Notes: generated by a model not told the origin, from the letters alone. DNA of 64,000 nt from Thermofilaceae archaeon (GCA_038727095.1 JAVYWK010000006.1:11235-75234); one strand, 5' to 3'. Shown: positions 1 through 9,970, counted from the stretch's first letter. Program-made: numbers and translations.

Positions 1-769
1 GGTTGCTGTAATCGTCGGACTCGACCACGATGAGGGCAGCTTGGGGAGCGTAGTGCCTGTAGCGCGTCCCAGGCGCGAGAGCTCTCTCAGCCTCCCCCAA
101 CCCTCTGGCGAACGGGGGGATCACCACCCTTTTCCCCAATACCTTCTCCACATTCTCGACGGGTAGAGCACCGGGCCTCAGAAGCGTCGGGGGATCGGTT
201 GTCAGGTCGATGATCGTGGACTCTACTCCGTATAGCGTCTCGCCGGCGTCGAGGATGCCTTCGATCTTCCCATACAAGTCCCTGATGACATGCGTAGGTG
301 ATGTGGGCGATGGTCTGCCGGAGACGTTGGCACTGGGAGCAGCGATGGGTGAGCCAAGGTCGTTGATGAGCGCGAGTGCCACTTTGTGCGCCGGCATCCT
401 CACAGCAACCTTCGGTAAACCCGCTGTCACTTCCTCCGGTACGGCATCTGCCTTCGGGATCACGATGGTTAACGGACCTGGCCAGAAAGCCTCTGCAAGC
501 CTCTCCACAATCTCTGGTGCCCTGTTTGAAACGGAAGCGATTTGCTCAATGCTCGAAATATGAATGATAAGAGGATTATCCGACGGTCTCCCTTTGACTT
601 GGTAGATCCTCCTAACAGCGCTCTTATTGAACGAGTCGGCTCCAAGCCCGTAAACAGTCTCCGTTGGGAAGGCTACCAGCCCGCCTTCCGTCAGTAGGGC
701 TGCAGCCTCAGCGATCACCTGGGGTTCCGGGTTTGATGGATCGACACGCCAGATCTTGGTGATTGCCAC
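1..769 (-). CDS. sua5: L-threonylcarbamoyladenylate synthase Sua5/TsaC (3' part runs off the window)
   Basis: Manual translation from GTG at 769 gives MAITKIWRVDPSNPEPQVIAEAAALLTEGGLVAFPTETVYGLGAD, followed by KGRPSDNPLIIHI, APSANVSGRPSPT and GVESTIID. These are the Sua5/YrdC signature motifs. Confidence 0.95.
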   Translation of the reverse strand, partial: MAITKIWRVDPSNPEPQVIAEAAALLTEGGLVAFPTETVYGLGADSFNKSAVRRIYQVKGRPSDNPLIIHISSIEQIASVSNRAPEIVERLAEAFWPGPLTIVIPKADAVPEEVTAGLPKVAVRMPAHKVALALINDLGSPIAAPSANVSGRPSPTSPTHVIRDLYGKIEGILDAGETLYGVESTIIDLTTDPPTLLRPGALPVENVEKVLGKRVVIPPFARGLGEAERALAPGTRYRHYAPQAALIVVESDDYSN

Positions 770-771
770 GG

Positions 772-3021
772 TTAAACTGTGGGTGTGCGCACTTGGGTTT
801 TTCGGGAGGCCCAGTCTGTTCTCGCCTCCTCGACTGGTTCGATCTCGACGAGTATGTTGTAGGGCTCATGCCCTCTCCTGAGAACCGCTCGACCTACGAT
901 CCCTGCTTGGAACCACGATAGTTCGATGGGGGTTAGGGCCATGTAGACCTGCGTCATAGATACGTAGTCAGGGTCGCTGTGAGAGAGAGCGAGCTTCCAG
1001 CCCGCAACCCTCCTAAACGCCTCAGGTACGTCGCCCCACTCGTGGGTGAGCATGACGACTGCCAGCCCAAACTTCCTCAGCATCCTCGCCATCGTGACGA
1101 TCAGAGGCTCCGTGTAACCTGGAGGGGGAAGCATGAAAAGGTGACCTTCATCAACGATGAGCAGCCACCTCGGCTCACTCAAGCCACGAGCTATGGCGCA
1201 GTCGCGGAGCTGAGATAGTAGGAGGTCGAACACGACCCTCTGCACCTCTACCGGCATTGCCGTGTAGCTCCCCTTCGCTGTGCTACCCATACAGAGTACA
1301 AACGGCTTGCCCGCTGAGATGAGATCTTCTAAGCTGATTTCCTCTCCCATGAAGTAGTCCTGAAGCCTCTCCAGCTTCCACTCAAGGCTCGTACCCCTCG
1401 CAAGCTCCACTAGCTGTTGGAAGCTCGAAACCCCCCTTGCGAGGCACCTCCTCAGCAGGTGGGCCTCGTACTCGCTAAGCGGGCTTAAGTACGTAAGCGC
1501 TCTCTCAAAGTCGCTGGCGCTGCAGAGGAGCGGGTTAAAGGGTCGGTCCCAAAGATCCAGTATCTCAAATTCGAACTTCTCGGCGAAGGCCCTGTACTCC
1601 CCCGAGGGGTCGACTATGATCGGGGTGATCCCCTTCTCCATCGCCCTCAGCGCGAGGGTTCGGGCCGTGGTGCTCTTGCCGGAGCCCATCGGACCCACGA
1701 TCAGCCCGTGCACGTTCTCCAGCAAGTCCAGCTCCAGCCAAACCTCCTCGTCCCTCCTCACGCCCCGACCCAGGTAGATGGCCCTCGGCGTCCTCCTTGT
1801 GCGCGGTCTAAAGAATGTGTAGGGGGCCAACCAAGCGAGCTGGCAGCTGATCTTCACTTGAGAATCTTTTAGCGGGTAGCCTACTAAAGTGGTAAGCCGC
1901 TTGAGCGTTCGTGGTCTTCCCACTAGGGACACCAGCGAGAAGTCTCTTTCAAGCCCTAGCGGCTCGTAGCGCCACACATCACCGCTAACGAAAATCGCAA
2001 CCGAGAAAGGTTTGGACCCCCCCTCAAGAGCGCGGTTCATGTTGATCACGTTTAGGGCCTTAAACTCGTCAGCTAGCTTGCTGACTCCTGCTCTACCTGC
2101 TTCAAGCACTTCAAGCGCCCTCTTGACGCTGGCTCCGAAAGTCGCCAGGTCTTCCGGGACTAGGAGAGCTAGCAGGGAATCATCGCTCCACGTGAAGGCG
2201 CTAGCAAAGCTCCTCACAATGGATGCGGCTCCAGCCTGGTCAGGTACTTCCGCGATGCTGTACCTCAAAGGCATCAGGGTCTTCGGTGCTAAGAGGCAAC
2301 GTCCACCTCTCACTATCCTCAGCTCCAGCGGAATTAGTGGCAGAGGTATCAGCGCCAAAGGCGCGAGAGCCGGGTATAGCACGAGGGAAAGCGTTAAGGT
2401 TCCCAGCATTAGTACGCTAAACATGGGTAGAGTGGGATGGAAATTCCTCTCATTTAATTCGGCGACCGCGGAGAGAACTTCGAGAGGTTCAACGGGCCTT
2501 GTGCGAACGCCTAAACCTAACAAGCGGCGCTGTAGTTCCGCCAGCACATGCGGCACGCTCTTCAGAGCTTCAACCGCGGATTCCGGTAGTACAAAGTTTA
2601 TCTTCAGGTAGTAATTACGCAAACCGTTATCGGAAGAAGATACGATATTCACAGTCGCTGAGGGAAGGTACAGTGAGGATACGAAGTGGGTGGCCATCTC
2701 GCCCAATCTCACATCGCTCTCCGGTAGATCTACACTATCTACCTTCAAAAAGGCAGATAATACGTAACCTCTTCTTGTTTTTAACATTATGTAATCTTTT
2801 TTAACTTTAACCTCGGTGATGGGGTCTAGAAGCAAGCTTTTTTCTCCGTAAACCAGTTCGATGAGCTCAACTCTCTTAGTATAGATGTAGTAGCCCCCCA
2901 GTATCAGAGCTAGGATAGCGGGAGGTAGGACTGTTCTACCGGCTATAGCCGCAATCAGGGCCAGCATCATCGCGAAGAAGAGAATGATCGCTGAAGCTCC
3001 CGGTAGGTACACGCCGCTCAC
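772..3021 (-). CDS. cedB: VirB4/HerA-FtsK family ATPase with N-terminal membrane segments (CedB/TedB-like DNA-transfer ATPase)
   Basis: Walker A GPMGSGKS, IVDPSGEY, Walker B LLIVDEGH and RKFG motif, with hydrophobic helices in the N-terminal third. It is the last gene of an operon with CedA-like genes. Start is at GTG 3021 or GTG 3012 (GGAGGTGA SD). Confidence 0.8.
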   Translation of the reverse strand: MSGVYLPGASAIILFFAMMLALIAAIAGRTVLPPAILALILGGYYIYTKRVELIELVYGEKSLLLDPITEVKVKKDYIMLKTRRGYVLSAFLKVDSVDLPESDVRLGEMATHFVSSLYLPSATVNIVSSSDNGLRNYYLKINFVLPESAVEALKSVPHVLAELQRRLLGLGVRTRPVEPLEVLSAVAELNERNFHPTLPMFSVLMLGTLTLSLVLYPALAPLALIPLPLIPLELRIVRGGRCLLAPKTLMPLRYSIAEVPDQAGAASIVRSFASAFTWSDDSLLALLVPEDLATFGASVKRALEVLEAGRAGVSKLADEFKALNVINMNRALEGGSKPFSVAIFVSGDVWRYEPLGLERDFSLVSLVGRPRTLKRLTTLVGYPLKDSQVKISCQLAWLAPYTFFRPRTRRTPRAIYLGRGVRRDEEVWLELDLLENVHGLIVGPMGSGKSTTARTLALRAMEKGITPIIVDPSGEYRAFAEKFEFEILDLWDRPFNPLLCSASDFERALTYLSPLSEYEAHLLRRCLARGVSSFQQLVELARGTSLEWKLERLQDYFMGEEISLEDLISAGKPFVLCMGSTAKGSYTAMPVEVQRVVFDLLLSQLRDCAIARGLSEPRWLLIVDEGHLFMLPPPGYTEPLIVTMARMLRKFGLAVVMLTHEWGDVPEAFRRVAGWKLALSHSDPDYVSMTQVYMALTPIELSWFQAGIVGRAVLRRGHEPYNILVEIEPVEEARTDWASRKTQVRTPTV

Positions 3022-6000
3022 CTCCTCAAAAGGCGGAGGTTGTCCTCCACCCAAATGCTTAGTTTAACATAGTAACCAATAATTTTAACTGCAACTCTTT
3101 GCCACCGCTCAAGCGCATCTAGGAGATCTGCGCTTTCAGGGCGAACGCTCCTGCGTAAAGCCAACTTTAAGTCGGAGCATTCGGCTAAAAGAGCTTCTAT
3201 CGTTTTAATTGCAATGATCAAGCTCTGATGTAGACCCTCCAACCGACCTATGAGCTCCCTTCGCTCAGCTTGAGCCTCAGCAGCTAAAGCAACACTCCTA
3301 CCGGGTGGGGGCAGGAGCCCGTAGTGCTCAACCGATTTTAACCGCTCATCGACCTCAACGAGCGTGTTCGCGAGCTCTCGGTACACTCTTTCAAGGAAAC
3401 CACCCGCAGAACGCACCAATGCTTGATCCTCGAAGAGCGGCCTAAGTCTCCTAACCGCAATTTCGAATATCTCTCTCACGAGCGCCTCCGCTCCTCCCTG
3501 TTTTTCGGAAAGAGCCGCAGCCCAACCAGCCCAGTACATGTCACCGCTAAGGATCAACGCATCTACCGCGCCGCTCAGATCCATGTCCCTATCCCCCCGC
3601 AGAGCATCCGCGTAGCCTTGCAGGAAGCGTGTTGCTTGCTCATCAACTCCTTCATCCCTCAGAGCATTACTGAGGTCAAAGCTCGTGACCCCTCTCGCCC
3701 ACATGCTTGCAACTTCGAGCAGTAAGCTCTTGACCTCAGGGTGAAGACGCGGAAGGAACCATGGCTCCCTACCCTCGGCTAGCTCGCTCGCCGCTCTTAT
3801 GAGCAGGTAGCGCCAAGGTTGGTTACGCTCAAGCGACGTAAGCCATACCGCGCCCAGATCCGTTTCAAACCCCCTTTCTCGACTTACTCTAGATAGGGTG
3901 GTGGCTATGGCTTCCCACCACGCTGTTCTAACCACGGAATCACCGATTGCCGCCTTATCTGCGATTGAAAGCGCAGCTGCCGGATAACGCTCGAGTAGTT
4001 TGAAAAACTCTTTTCGAGTGAAACCCTCTGCGGCAGCTAGTCCAATGATCCTGGCGGCGAGCTCCTCCACCGATCCAAAGGACGCTCCTCCGAGGTAGCG
4101 ATCGTATCTGGCTATAAGGTGCGGGCGTTGCGACGCAAGACGCTCGAGCTTGGATAAGCTCCTTGAAGGATCACGCCCCGCGAGGACATCGCGCGCAACT
4201 GCCGCGAGGTACTTCTCGAACTCCAACTTGGGCTTCTTCATCCTCCTCAAATCTCCTTCCGACATTTCCTTCGGGTAGAGTAGGTGATAGCCCCTAACGA
4301 AATGCTTTGTGTAACGAACTGTTTGAGTTAACGTTCCGAGCCGAGCTTCGAGGAGTAGCGAAGCTGCGTAAAGGGTATCGCTAGCAATGATGAGCTTCCG
4401 CGCTACAGGGTCAGTTAGAGCTAGACGGAGCTTCTCAACGTACGGAACGTACAGCCGCACTCTGCTTAAGGCGGTTCTTTCCGCTACTTCGCTTGCAACT
4501 CGAAGCAGTGCAGGCAAGGGGTGGAGACTGTGGTACCTCGACCATGCCTGAAAGAGCTTTGCAGTCGCTCTTCTGAGCCGGCTACGTCGGTGGTCTAGAC
4601 CCCTTCTGAGCTGCTCTATGCTCATCCGAATTTCTACGGCTGGATCGAGAGCCGTGAGGATCAGAGGCTCCCTCAAGCTTCGAGGATCGTGCCCGAATTT
4701 AACCGTGATAGCGATCTCCATAAACAGCGATGTAAAACTCCTACCAATCTGCTCAAGATTATAGAGCGTTGAGCGCAGCGGCTTCAATATTGGAGGGAGA
4801 TGGAGTGCGCCGAAGCCTCCAATGACACTGGACAGGAATGCTGTTGCGACTACCACGGCGAATAAAAGAACGGCTAACTGGGCTAATAGACCAACATGCT
4901 CTAAAAGGGAGGCTGCGCTGATTCTTAAGCGTTCAGCCACGGTACCGTTGAGGATCGGTTCGAGGTCCCCATCGTATAGCAGGCCCGCAATTACGCTTTC
5001 GTTCATTAGGGTAAATGCTGACAGAGCGCGCTCAGCTGGGCACCTTTCATCCCCACTTAGGAGCGAGAGTATAACCTCAAACCTTTCCGGTGGAAAACCG
5101 GATTTCGCAGGCCCAATGACAGCCGGTTCTACGAGATCCCCGTAGTACCTAGCATGCACAATAACTTTGGGAACGTTAGACCTGGGCCAGAGCGATCTAG
5201 AGTAGAAGACGCTTCCGTCGACCTCAGCAGCTTCAATCATCCCTCTACCGTAAAGGCAGACTTTCACTCCACTGTAGTTAGTTAAAGGTGGCATGGAGGC
5301 ATTAATCAACCGGGCCCATTGATCGAACCATAGGGCTTCGATCGACCTAGCGTCGGGGAGTGATGGTTCAACGTAGCTGATCTCGCAGCTTAAAATAGGT
5401 TCGAGTTCAACGATTTCATTGCCTACTTTCAACCTGCTCATACCCTTCTTTAGAACAGTCGGTATCCCATTTTCGCATATAGCATTAAAATCGAAGTGCC
5501 CCTCAATCCGAGCAGTTACTTCTATGAACTTTACATTAATATCAACTATTTCTCCAGATGATAATCTGATCTTTATAGTTTCATTCCCTTCCCTCCATTC
5601 ACAATAGCTTGGATGAAGAATAGCAACTATCTGATGATCACTAAGAAAGTTACTTACGTTGTACCATGGTAGCGGGCCGGTAAACCTCTCTGAACCGTCA
5701 AGAACGAAGAAACCTCTAGCCCTCCAGTATCCCCATCCTTTTCCTACATCCGTTGCATCATAGAATAAAACCAAAGCATCCTCTGAAGCGCTCACATTTA
5801 CGGTGACCCATGTAATATTTTCTACGTGAACTTTACACTCAGGCACCGTTCCTGGCAACCCATCACATGCTACCTTTAGTTGAGCCCCCTTCTCCGGCCT
5901 GAACGTAGTTTTTAATACCGGCAGCCAGTAACCAGCGTAACTAACGCCCAGCGCAACATAATCTGAATCTCTTTCCAGGTACCATTGACCGAGCGGGCGA

Positions 6001-6782
6001 GCTAACACCCTTCCTCCTTGGTCAGAGTACACTAACACTCCCCCAGGAGGGATTGGGTACAGCTCCTCATGAACGGAGATCACTTCTTCCCTAATGCTAG
6101 CTTTAGGTGTTCGGAATAATCCCTGTAAATGGATTGCACCTACGTCGTCAACCCTCTCAGGAGCTCTTTCGGGTTGGCCGAAGCGGGGGGTTAGTAAGTT
6201 TACTATAGCAGGTAAAGCTAAAGACACTGATACAGCGATTGCGAAGAGGGTCGCTCCTAGCCTCCTAGTTCTTCTGGGTATCATCAGAAGCCCAGCAAAT
6301 GGGAAAAGCGAACGAAAAAGTTGAGATATCTCAGCGATCTTTATAAAGAGCTGACCTACGAACCGGTAAACACTCGATATAGCAACGTAAGCGTTTGATA
6401 AGCTCAGTAGAGCGTTGATACCACTCTGAGCTAAGAATGCCGTTGCGACGAACCCTTTAACTGCGAGGAGTACGGAAATAGCAGCCAAAGCTATGGAGCT
6501 GACAATCGATAAATAGTAGCTCCATTTCACGGCGTTGGTTAATGCCTCCTCCGCTGATTTAATTAATTCTACCCCATTTCTTCGCGCGAGATCTGTTGAA
6601 AAGAGTTCAATCGGTGCACCGCTCAGTCGTGAAGCAGCCTCCACCAAATCTATCGTTACCAAGAGAACTGAAATTATAAAAAATGCTACTGGCGCTACTA
6701 AACGCTCGCCTTTACGCTTCGCGAAAACTACGGCGAATGCCGCCTCAGTTACTAAAACCATCGTAAAGGCATCCGCTATCAT
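3018..6782 (-). CDS. Giant (1254 aa) CedA/VirB6-like membrane protein with a large extracellular domain and a long C-terminal helical region
   Basis: ATG 6782 overlaps the upstream stop (ATGA). The N-terminal multi-TM block has a CedA-like motif (GLLMIPRRTRRLGATLFAIAVSVSLALP). Then come ~400 aa rich in N-X-S/T sequons, a further TM, and an Ala/Leu/Arg/Glu-rich tail. Confidence 0.65.
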   Translation of the reverse strand: MIADAFTMVLVTEAAFAVVFAKRKGERLVAPVAFFIISVLLVTIDLVEAASRLSGAPIELFSTDLARRNGVELIKSAEEALTNAVKWSYYLSIVSSIALAAISVLLAVKGFVATAFLAQSGINALLSLSNAYVAISSVYRFVGQLFIKIAEISQLFRSLFPFAGLLMIPRRTRRLGATLFAIAVSVSLALPAIVNLLTPRFGQPERAPERVDDVGAIHLQGLFRTPKASIREEVISVHEELYPIPPGGVLVYSDQGGRVLARPLGQWYLERDSDYVALGVSYAGYWLPVLKTTFRPEKGAQLKVACDGLPGTVPECKVHVENITWVTVNVSASEDALVLFYDATDVGKGWGYWRARGFFVLDGSERFTGPLPWYNVSNFLSDHQIVAILHPSYCEWREGNETIKIRLSSGEIVDINVKFIEVTARIEGHFDFNAICENGIPTVLKKGMSRLKVGNEIVELEPILSCEISYVEPSLPDARSIEALWFDQWARLINASMPPLTNYSGVKVCLYGRGMIEAAEVDGSVFYSRSLWPRSNVPKVIVHARYYGDLVEPAVIGPAKSGFPPERFEVILSLLSGDERCPAERALSAFTLMNESVIAGLLYDGDLEPILNGTVAERLRISAASLLEHVGLLAQLAVLLFAVVVATAFLSSVIGGFGALHLPPILKPLRSTLYNLEQIGRSFTSLFMEIAITVKFGHDPRSLREPLILTALDPAVEIRMSIEQLRRGLDHRRSRLRRATAKLFQAWSRYHSLHPLPALLRVASEVAERTALSRVRLYVPYVEKLRLALTDPVARKLIIASDTLYAASLLLEARLGTLTQTVRYTKHFVRGYHLLYPKEMSEGDLRRMKKPKLEFEKYLAAVARDVLAGRDPSRSLSKLERLASQRPHLIARYDRYLGGASFGSVEELAARIIGLAAAEGFTRKEFFKLLERYPAAALSIADKAAIGDSVVRTAWWEAIATTLSRVSRERGFETDLGAVWLTSLERNQPWRYLLIRAASELAEGREPWFLPRLHPEVKSLLLEVASMWARGVTSFDLSNALRDEGVDEQATRFLQGYADALRGDRDMDLSGAVDALILSGDMYWAGWAAALSEKQGGAEALVREIFEIAVRRLRPLFEDQALVRSAGGFLERVYRELANTLVEVDERLKSVEHYGLLPPPGRSVALAAEAQAERRELIGRLEGLHQSLIIAIKTIEALLAECSDLKLALRRSVRPESADLLDALERWQRVAVKIIGYYVKLSIWVEDNLRLLRR

Positions 6783-7573
6783 ATTCTCAAGCGCGAAATG
6801 ACCGTATCCGCTAACCCTCCTGCTGCAACGGCTATCCCGACACTTAATACTCCCGCTATGCCTATAGAGATCGAGATCCAAGCTGCGAACTCTCCCATCA
6901 CTTTCGCATCACTGACGACCTCGTTTACCGCTCCGGCAAAGTATTGAGCTATTCCAGAGAGAGGAATTCCGATGTATTTGAACTTTAACGCCTGAGAATT
7001 CTCCAAGAAGTAGGGTGCTGCAGCTCCTACAACCACTTCAAGGCTTGCTATGCTCACGGCCAGAGAAGCCCCTAGCCTCCTCACCCTGCTAACGCCTGCC
7101 AACACTACCCCTAGGCTTGAAAGCGAAGATCCAAAAAACTCGCAAAAGCGAGCCGCGATTAAGAGTGTGCTTGAGAGGGCCACGAGATAACTTGTAAAAA
7201 TATTTGCTAGGCTACTAGCCGCGTACCATGTTGAGGCAAGAGGTGAGAGGATGCCCGTCAGCGTAAGATCCCGTGCAACGTTTGCTAGATCCATTACGTA
7301 ACTCGTGTAACGGTCCCTAGCGGCTGCGTAGAAGGCTGCAGCAGTACTGGGCTCAAGGTAACTTATTCCAAAGGCTCCCACTAGAAGAGGTGCCGATACT
7401 AAGATGGAGGCTAGGATCACACCCGTTACGCAGGATTCTATAGCACTGTATATGACCTCGTAGCCTCTTGCTTTATGCTGAGGCGAAGGTAGATTAAGGA
7501 GCCAAGCTCCGTAGGCCAGCTCAGCCGCAACTACGGTTGTTGCGATAGCGTAGGGGAGAAAACTAATCGTCAT
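6779..7573 (-). CDS. cedA: CedA/TedA-like (VirB6-like) polytopic membrane protein
   Basis: 264 aa with ~6 hydrophobic segments. The motifs YGAWLLNLPSPQHKARGYEVIYSAI and GVVLAGVSRVRRLGASL resemble crenarchaeal CedA. It lies between a VirB2-like pilin and a VirB4-like ATPase. Confidence 0.7.
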   Translation of the reverse strand: MTISFLPYAIATTVVAAELAYGAWLLNLPSPQHKARGYEVIYSAIESCVTGVILASILVSAPLLVGAFGISYLEPSTAAAFYAAARDRYTSYVMDLANVARDLTLTGILSPLASTWYAASSLANIFTSYLVALSSTLLIAARFCEFFGSSLSSLGVVLAGVSRVRRLGASLAVSIASLEVVVGAAAPYFLENSQALKFKYIGIPLSGIAQYFAGAVNEVVSDAKVMGEFAAWISISIGIAGVLSVGIAVAAGGLADTVISRLRI

Positions 7574-7580
7574 ATCTACC

Positions 7581-7973
7581 TCAGGGCCTACTGAAAATCT
7601 CGTTCCAGTTTACGGCAAAGGGTGTTCCCTGTGGTAGCAACCCAATTGCCACCAGTATATCCGGCAACCAGGCTGCGAAAGCTAGCGCAATTAACCAATA
7701 GAGGGGACCTTCAAGCGCTTCTATGAGCTCTCTTTGCGCTGTGGCAGTTGATAACGCGCCTCCCAGTTGTTTTCTTAGTACTGCAAGCGCGCTTTTTATG
7801 AAAGCTGTTACAAAAATTAGTATGCCCGTCGCCGTCACCGTTATTTTGACTGCTAAAACCGAGTAGTTTCTTACTGTATCCCAATTCACGGTAGGCCCTT
7901 GCGCCTGAACAAGTTCGGTATAGAGAACGACTGTAGTAAGGAGAATGGATATGATTTTGCTATATTTTGTCAT
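7581..7973 (-). CDS. VirB2-like conjugative-type pilin (CedA1/TedC-like)
   Basis: 130 aa from ATG 7973: Sec-type signal peptide ending VQA/Q, then two hydrophobic helices joined by a short basic loop. First gene of the cedA/cedB-like operon. Confidence 0.6.
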   Translation of the reverse strand: MTKYSKIISILLTTVVLYTELVQAQGPTVNWDTVRNYSVLAVKITVTATGILIFVTAFIKSALAVLRKQLGGALSTATAQRELIEALEGPLYWLIALAFAAWLPDILVAIGLLPQGTPFAVNWNEIFSRP

Positions 7974-8114
7974 CGCATGACACCCTTCCTCACTCCTCCT
8001 ACTCCTACCACTCATATGAATCCGCGCACAGAGTTGATCTAAAATTAATTTTAATCTTGCGCCAACAGATGAATGAAAGTAATCACCTAGCATTCCACAA
8101 TGCGGACACGAAAG

Positions 8115-8444
8115 TCATACTCTTCGAATAATGACGGTAAAGTTAATGTGTGAAATCGTCAGCCGAAACTTGCCGCTAAATAGAGTAGTTTTGTTAGCTA
8201 CTGGTATTTTTACAGCTATGTTACACCCATCATGGAAAAGTCCTGTTTCGTTCACCACTACCCGGTCGAGAGTGAATGTGTCCACCACCCACCCCCTCGA
8301 CTGGTTCACCGCGAGTGCTGCCGCTGCGAGCCTTCTCGCCTCGCTGCAGTAGTCCGGCTGCTGCCTCAGCCTCGCCGCCGATAGCGCCGCGAGGACCGCG
8401 GCCGCAACCGCCAAGTATAGGAGGAGCCTCTCCACCTCAGCCAC
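8115..8444 (-). CDS. Small pilin-like/membrane-anchored protein
   Basis: N-terminal MAEVE plus hydrophobic helix, two Cys, beta-rich C-terminus with several N-glycosylation sequons. Confidence 0.6.
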   Translation of the reverse strand: MAEVERLLLYLAVAAAVLAALSAARLRQQPDYCSEARRLAAAALAVNQSRGWVVDTFTLDRVVVNETGLFHDGCNIAVKIPVANKTTLFSGKFRLTISHINFTVIIRRV

Positions 8445-8889
8445 CCTTTCGCGCTCCTCTCTCGCTTCGCTGGGGGTAGTAGGTGCCCATGTAGTAGAAG
8501 TCGTCCCTCCCCATCCTCCTGAGGAGCGTGATGAACACCTCTACATCGTCGGTGAGGCGGAATTTGAAGCCCGCAGGAGCGTAGTCTCTCGCGTGAACCT
8601 CGGCGTAGTAGAAGCCCTTCGGCAGCACCACCTCGAGCCGGCAGTACCTTGCCCCCCGATCCCGCCTCGCCCTCCCGGTGTAGGCGAGCCAGGCGGGCAT
8701 CTCCCAGTCGTCGTACTCCGGGAACTCCTCCTCGAGCTTCTTCACCACCTCCTCCCACTTCCTCCTCACCTCCTCCGGAGTCCCCTCAACGGGCTCGAGG
8801 AACCAGATCTTCACCCAGGTTCTCTTCGGCCTGGATTCGAAACCCACTTCGAGGCGTAAGCGGGCGTACCCCTCCCGCACCCTAACCAC
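8437..8889 (-). CDS. Hypothetical soluble protein in minor-pilin operon
   Basis: 150 aa with overlapping start/stop to both neighbours and GC3-biased codons; no recognisable motif. Confidence 0.6.
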   Translation of the reverse strand: MVRVREGYARLRLEVGFESRPKRTWVKIWFLEPVEGTPEEVRRKWEEVVKKLEEEFPEYDDWEMPAWLAYTGRARRDRGARYCRLEVVLPKGFYYAEVHARDYAPAGFKFRLTDDVEVFITLLRRMGRDDFYYMGTYYPQRSERGARKGG

Positions 8890-9604
8890 CCCTGTGGTGC
8901 ACTGGGACTATCACGCCCCACTCGTCCCTCAGCTTGTAGACGTAAAAAGCTGCCGGAGCTGGAGGGGGCCCCGGCGGCGGGGGGATCGCGGCGGAGAAAT
9001 CCCTCGGAACAGCGATTAGCCACTCGCAGCTTGAAGGATCGAACGATAGGAAGTCCGCATACCCTTGGGGGTCCGCGAGCTTGGGGCAGAGGCTCGCGTT
9101 GAAGAAGGGCGTGGTGTAGCTGTTGCTGTACCTCAACCGAACCTTCACCATCGTTACGGTCTTCAGGGAGCCGCTGACCACTACAGTCTTCGTGTAGGTG
9201 CCCTCCTCCCCCAAGCCCTCCACCCTCGCGTAGTAGGCCACGTACTCAGCCCCCACTGGTGTAGCGAGCGCAAACTTCAGCCCGTACTCAGTCACCCAGC
9301 CCTGCCCGCTCCTCACCGTCCTGTTCAAGAGGTTGTCCGCGGCGCAGGGCGAGAACGTAGGATACATGCGGAGCGGCTCACTCCGATTGAAGCCGGCGAG
9401 GATGGTGAGCAGGCTCTGCATCCTGCTACAGTCGCAAGCTCCGGAGAAGCACGTTCTCGCCAGGTGGATGAGTTGAGCGGCCTGCAGGTGGCCGCGCTCG
9501 TACGCCACGTAGGGGTTCGGGGTCCTTATCGCGGCCAGCGCGATCAGCGTTGCTGCGAGTATAATGACGCCGATCAACGCGAGCTGACCCCTCCTCTTCC
9601 TCAC
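8882..9604 (-). CDS. Type IV minor pilin-like protein with class III signal peptide
   Basis: (M)RKRRG/QLALIGVIILAATLIALAAI: basic leader, Gly cleavage site and hydrophobic helix, followed by a Cys-containing extracellular domain. Confidence 0.7.
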   Translation of the reverse strand: MRKRRGQLALIGVIILAATLIALAAIRTPNPYVAYERGHLQAAQLIHLARTCFSGACDCSRMQSLLTILAGFNRSEPLRMYPTFSPCAADNLLNRTVRSGQGWVTEYGLKFALATPVGAEYVAYYARVEGLGEEGTYTKTVVVSGSLKTVTMVKVRLRYSNSYTTPFFNASLCPKLADPQGYADFLSFDPSSCEWLIAVPRDFSAAIPPPPGPPPAPAAFYVYKLRDEWGVIVPVHHRGG

Positions 9605-9615
9605 TCCCACACCAC

Positions 9616-9939
9616 CTACGGCGTAGCGCATACTCTCACGACCCTGTAGCCCGCGGGCTCGAAGAAGACCACAGCGTAGCAGATCGCTGTCCCCCCAGCC
9701 CCCTCTTTGCCAGCCTTCAACTCTCCGTCAACGTAGACCGCGGCCGCGTGCTCCCCCAGAGCCTGCTGGATTAGGTTCGTGAGCTCGTCTGTATCCCTCG
9801 CGTTGAGAAGTGCCCAGGCTAGAGCCCTCTGAGCTGAGGCGTGGTGCACCGGAGCAGCCTGCTGAGCCGTCAGCGAGACCATGTAGACCGCCGCCACTGC
9901 GAACACCAGCCCGATCGCGGCAGCCTCCAAGTGCCTCAT
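9616..9939 (-). CDS. Small minor-pilin-like protein (probable paralogue of 18384-18701)
   Basis: MRHLE plus hydrophobic helix; the C-terminal G..G...CYA.V....G...V pattern is shared with 18384-18701. Confidence 0.6.
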   Translation of the reverse strand: MRHLEAAAIGLVFAVAAVYMVSLTAQQAAPVHHASAQRALAWALLNARDTDELTNLIQQALGEHAAAVYVDGELKAGKEGAGGTAICYAVVFFEPAGYRVVRVCATP

Positions 9940-9970
9940 CGAGTTGAAAACCGGCTGAAGTATTTATTGC

